This document shows, piece by piece, positions 63,615-64,000 of a stretch of DNA of 64,000 nt. The first letter of the stretch is position 1. Each line of letters begins with the position of its first letter. The stretch is from contig CAWGWF010000002.1 in assembly GCA_963826225.1 (NCBI GenBank), forward strand, positions 4,987 to 68,986, written 5' to 3'. A program made the position numbers and the translations under genes. Below the pieces are notes generated by a model. It was given only the letters and a program-made list of their open reading frames with translations, was not told where the DNA came from and did no database searches. This DNA is from an uncultured Chloroflexia bacterium (GTDB taxonomy: Bacteria > Chloroflexota > Limnocylindria > Limnocylindrales > CSP1-4).

Positions 63615-64000
63615 TCAGTCACCGAGCGCCTCGTCGACCAGCTCCATCACGTCGCGCACGACCATCCGGTCGTCGTAGCCGAGCACCTTCAGCGAGTCCT
63701 CGAACCGCGGCACCTCGAACGGGCAGGAGACGGCCAGGACGTCGGCGCCGGTCTCGATCGCCTCCAGCACCCGGATGTCGGACAGGCGGACGTGGCCCTT
63801 GGCCTTGTAGTGGGTGTCCAGCCACATGCCGCCGCCACCGCCGCCGCAGCAGATCGTGTTGTCCCGGTTGTGGGTCATCTCCACGAGGCTCACGCCGGGC
63901 AGGGCCGCCAGGATCCGCCGCGGCTCCTCGTGCATGTGGTTGTGGCGGCCCAGCACGCACGAATCGTGGTAGGTCACCCGGTACCCCAGCTGCCTGGTCA
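63615..64000 (-). CDS. CCG-domain (HdrB/HdrD/GlpC-like) Fe-S oxidoreductase, C-terminal part only (5' end beyond right edge)
   Basis: VTYHDSCVLGRH and TICCGGGGGGMW CCG motifs. The frame stays open upstream of the GTG at 63977 to the window end (...TRQLGYR VTYHDSC), so the gene is partial. Confidence 0.75.
   Translation of the reverse strand, partial: TRQLGYRVTYHDSCVLGRHNHMHEEPRRILAALPGVSLVEMTHNRDNTICCGGGGGGMWLDTHYKAKGHVRLSDIRVLEAIETGADVLAVSCPFEVPRFEDSLKVLGYDDRMVVRDVMELVDEALGD

Noticed and set aside
1-64000. Search for CRISPR arrays, IS elements, integrases, tRNA or rRNA genes
   Set aside because: Nothing recognisable was found by eye. There are no regularly spaced short repeats, no transposase or recombinase-like ORFs, and no cloverleaf-like GC-balanced islands. 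tRNAscan, Infernal and ISfinder would be needed to exclude small RNAs and degraded IS ends.

Overview
This is a very GC-rich bacterial chromosomal window (about 70% GC by eye, not computed). The protein repertoire looks like an actinobacterium or a similar high-GC lineage. I can support about 60 protein-coding genes. I recognised no rRNA, tRNA, CRISPR array, transposase or integrase. From left to right the window contains:
- 1-4 kb: an operon of an alpha/beta hydrolase, a TetR regulator and an isocitrate-lyase/PEP-mutase family gene, next to an unknown gene that runs off the left edge.
- 4-6 kb: a SoxR redox-sensor locus with a SoxR box, a berberine-bridge-type (BBE) FAD oxidase target, and a truncated second copy of the soxR promoter and 5' end.
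- 6-20 kb: three ECF sigma / membrane anti-sigma-like pairs with unusual ectodomains (TIMP-like, Kelch propeller, and a large unknown domain). Also here are an M20 peptidase, a frameshifted beta-propeller gene, a cNMP-binding protein and a DinB-like gene.
- 21-23 kb: a small cytochrome c / membrane-protein operon.
- 23-29 kb: a STAND/LuxR regulator divergent from an arylsulfatase and its radical-SAM maturase.
- 29-38 kb: a trimethylamine-dehydrogenase-like flavoprotein, then a DM13-domain gene present as two nearly identical 820-bp direct repeats. The repeats bracket a 5-kb patchwork of intact genes, gene fragments and multiply frameshifted genes.
- 38-53 kb: a UbiA prenyltransferase, an adenylate cyclase-TPR protein, a GlxA / FAD-oxidase / SRPBCC / DUF2652 cluster, an MFS transporter, a GT4 glycosyltransferase, a glycerophosphodiesterase, a class I glutamine amidotransferase (GATase1) and two MBL-fold hydrolases.
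- 53.8-64 kb: the most interesting locus. It is a tightly overlapping minus-strand operon that joins a group-3-type [NiFe] hydrogenase (MvhA/G/D, maturation protease, a zinc-finger-less HypA-like protein) and HdrA to EtfAB and a membrane cytochrome-b/HdrD-like Fe-S oxidoreductase. No hdrBC is present.

At least nine single-nucleotide frameshifts hit six genes, including hdrA. The sequence is therefore either an error-prone consensus or a genome with real gene decay. This caveat applies to all calls. All functional calls rest on motif and family recognition by eye; no database search was run.
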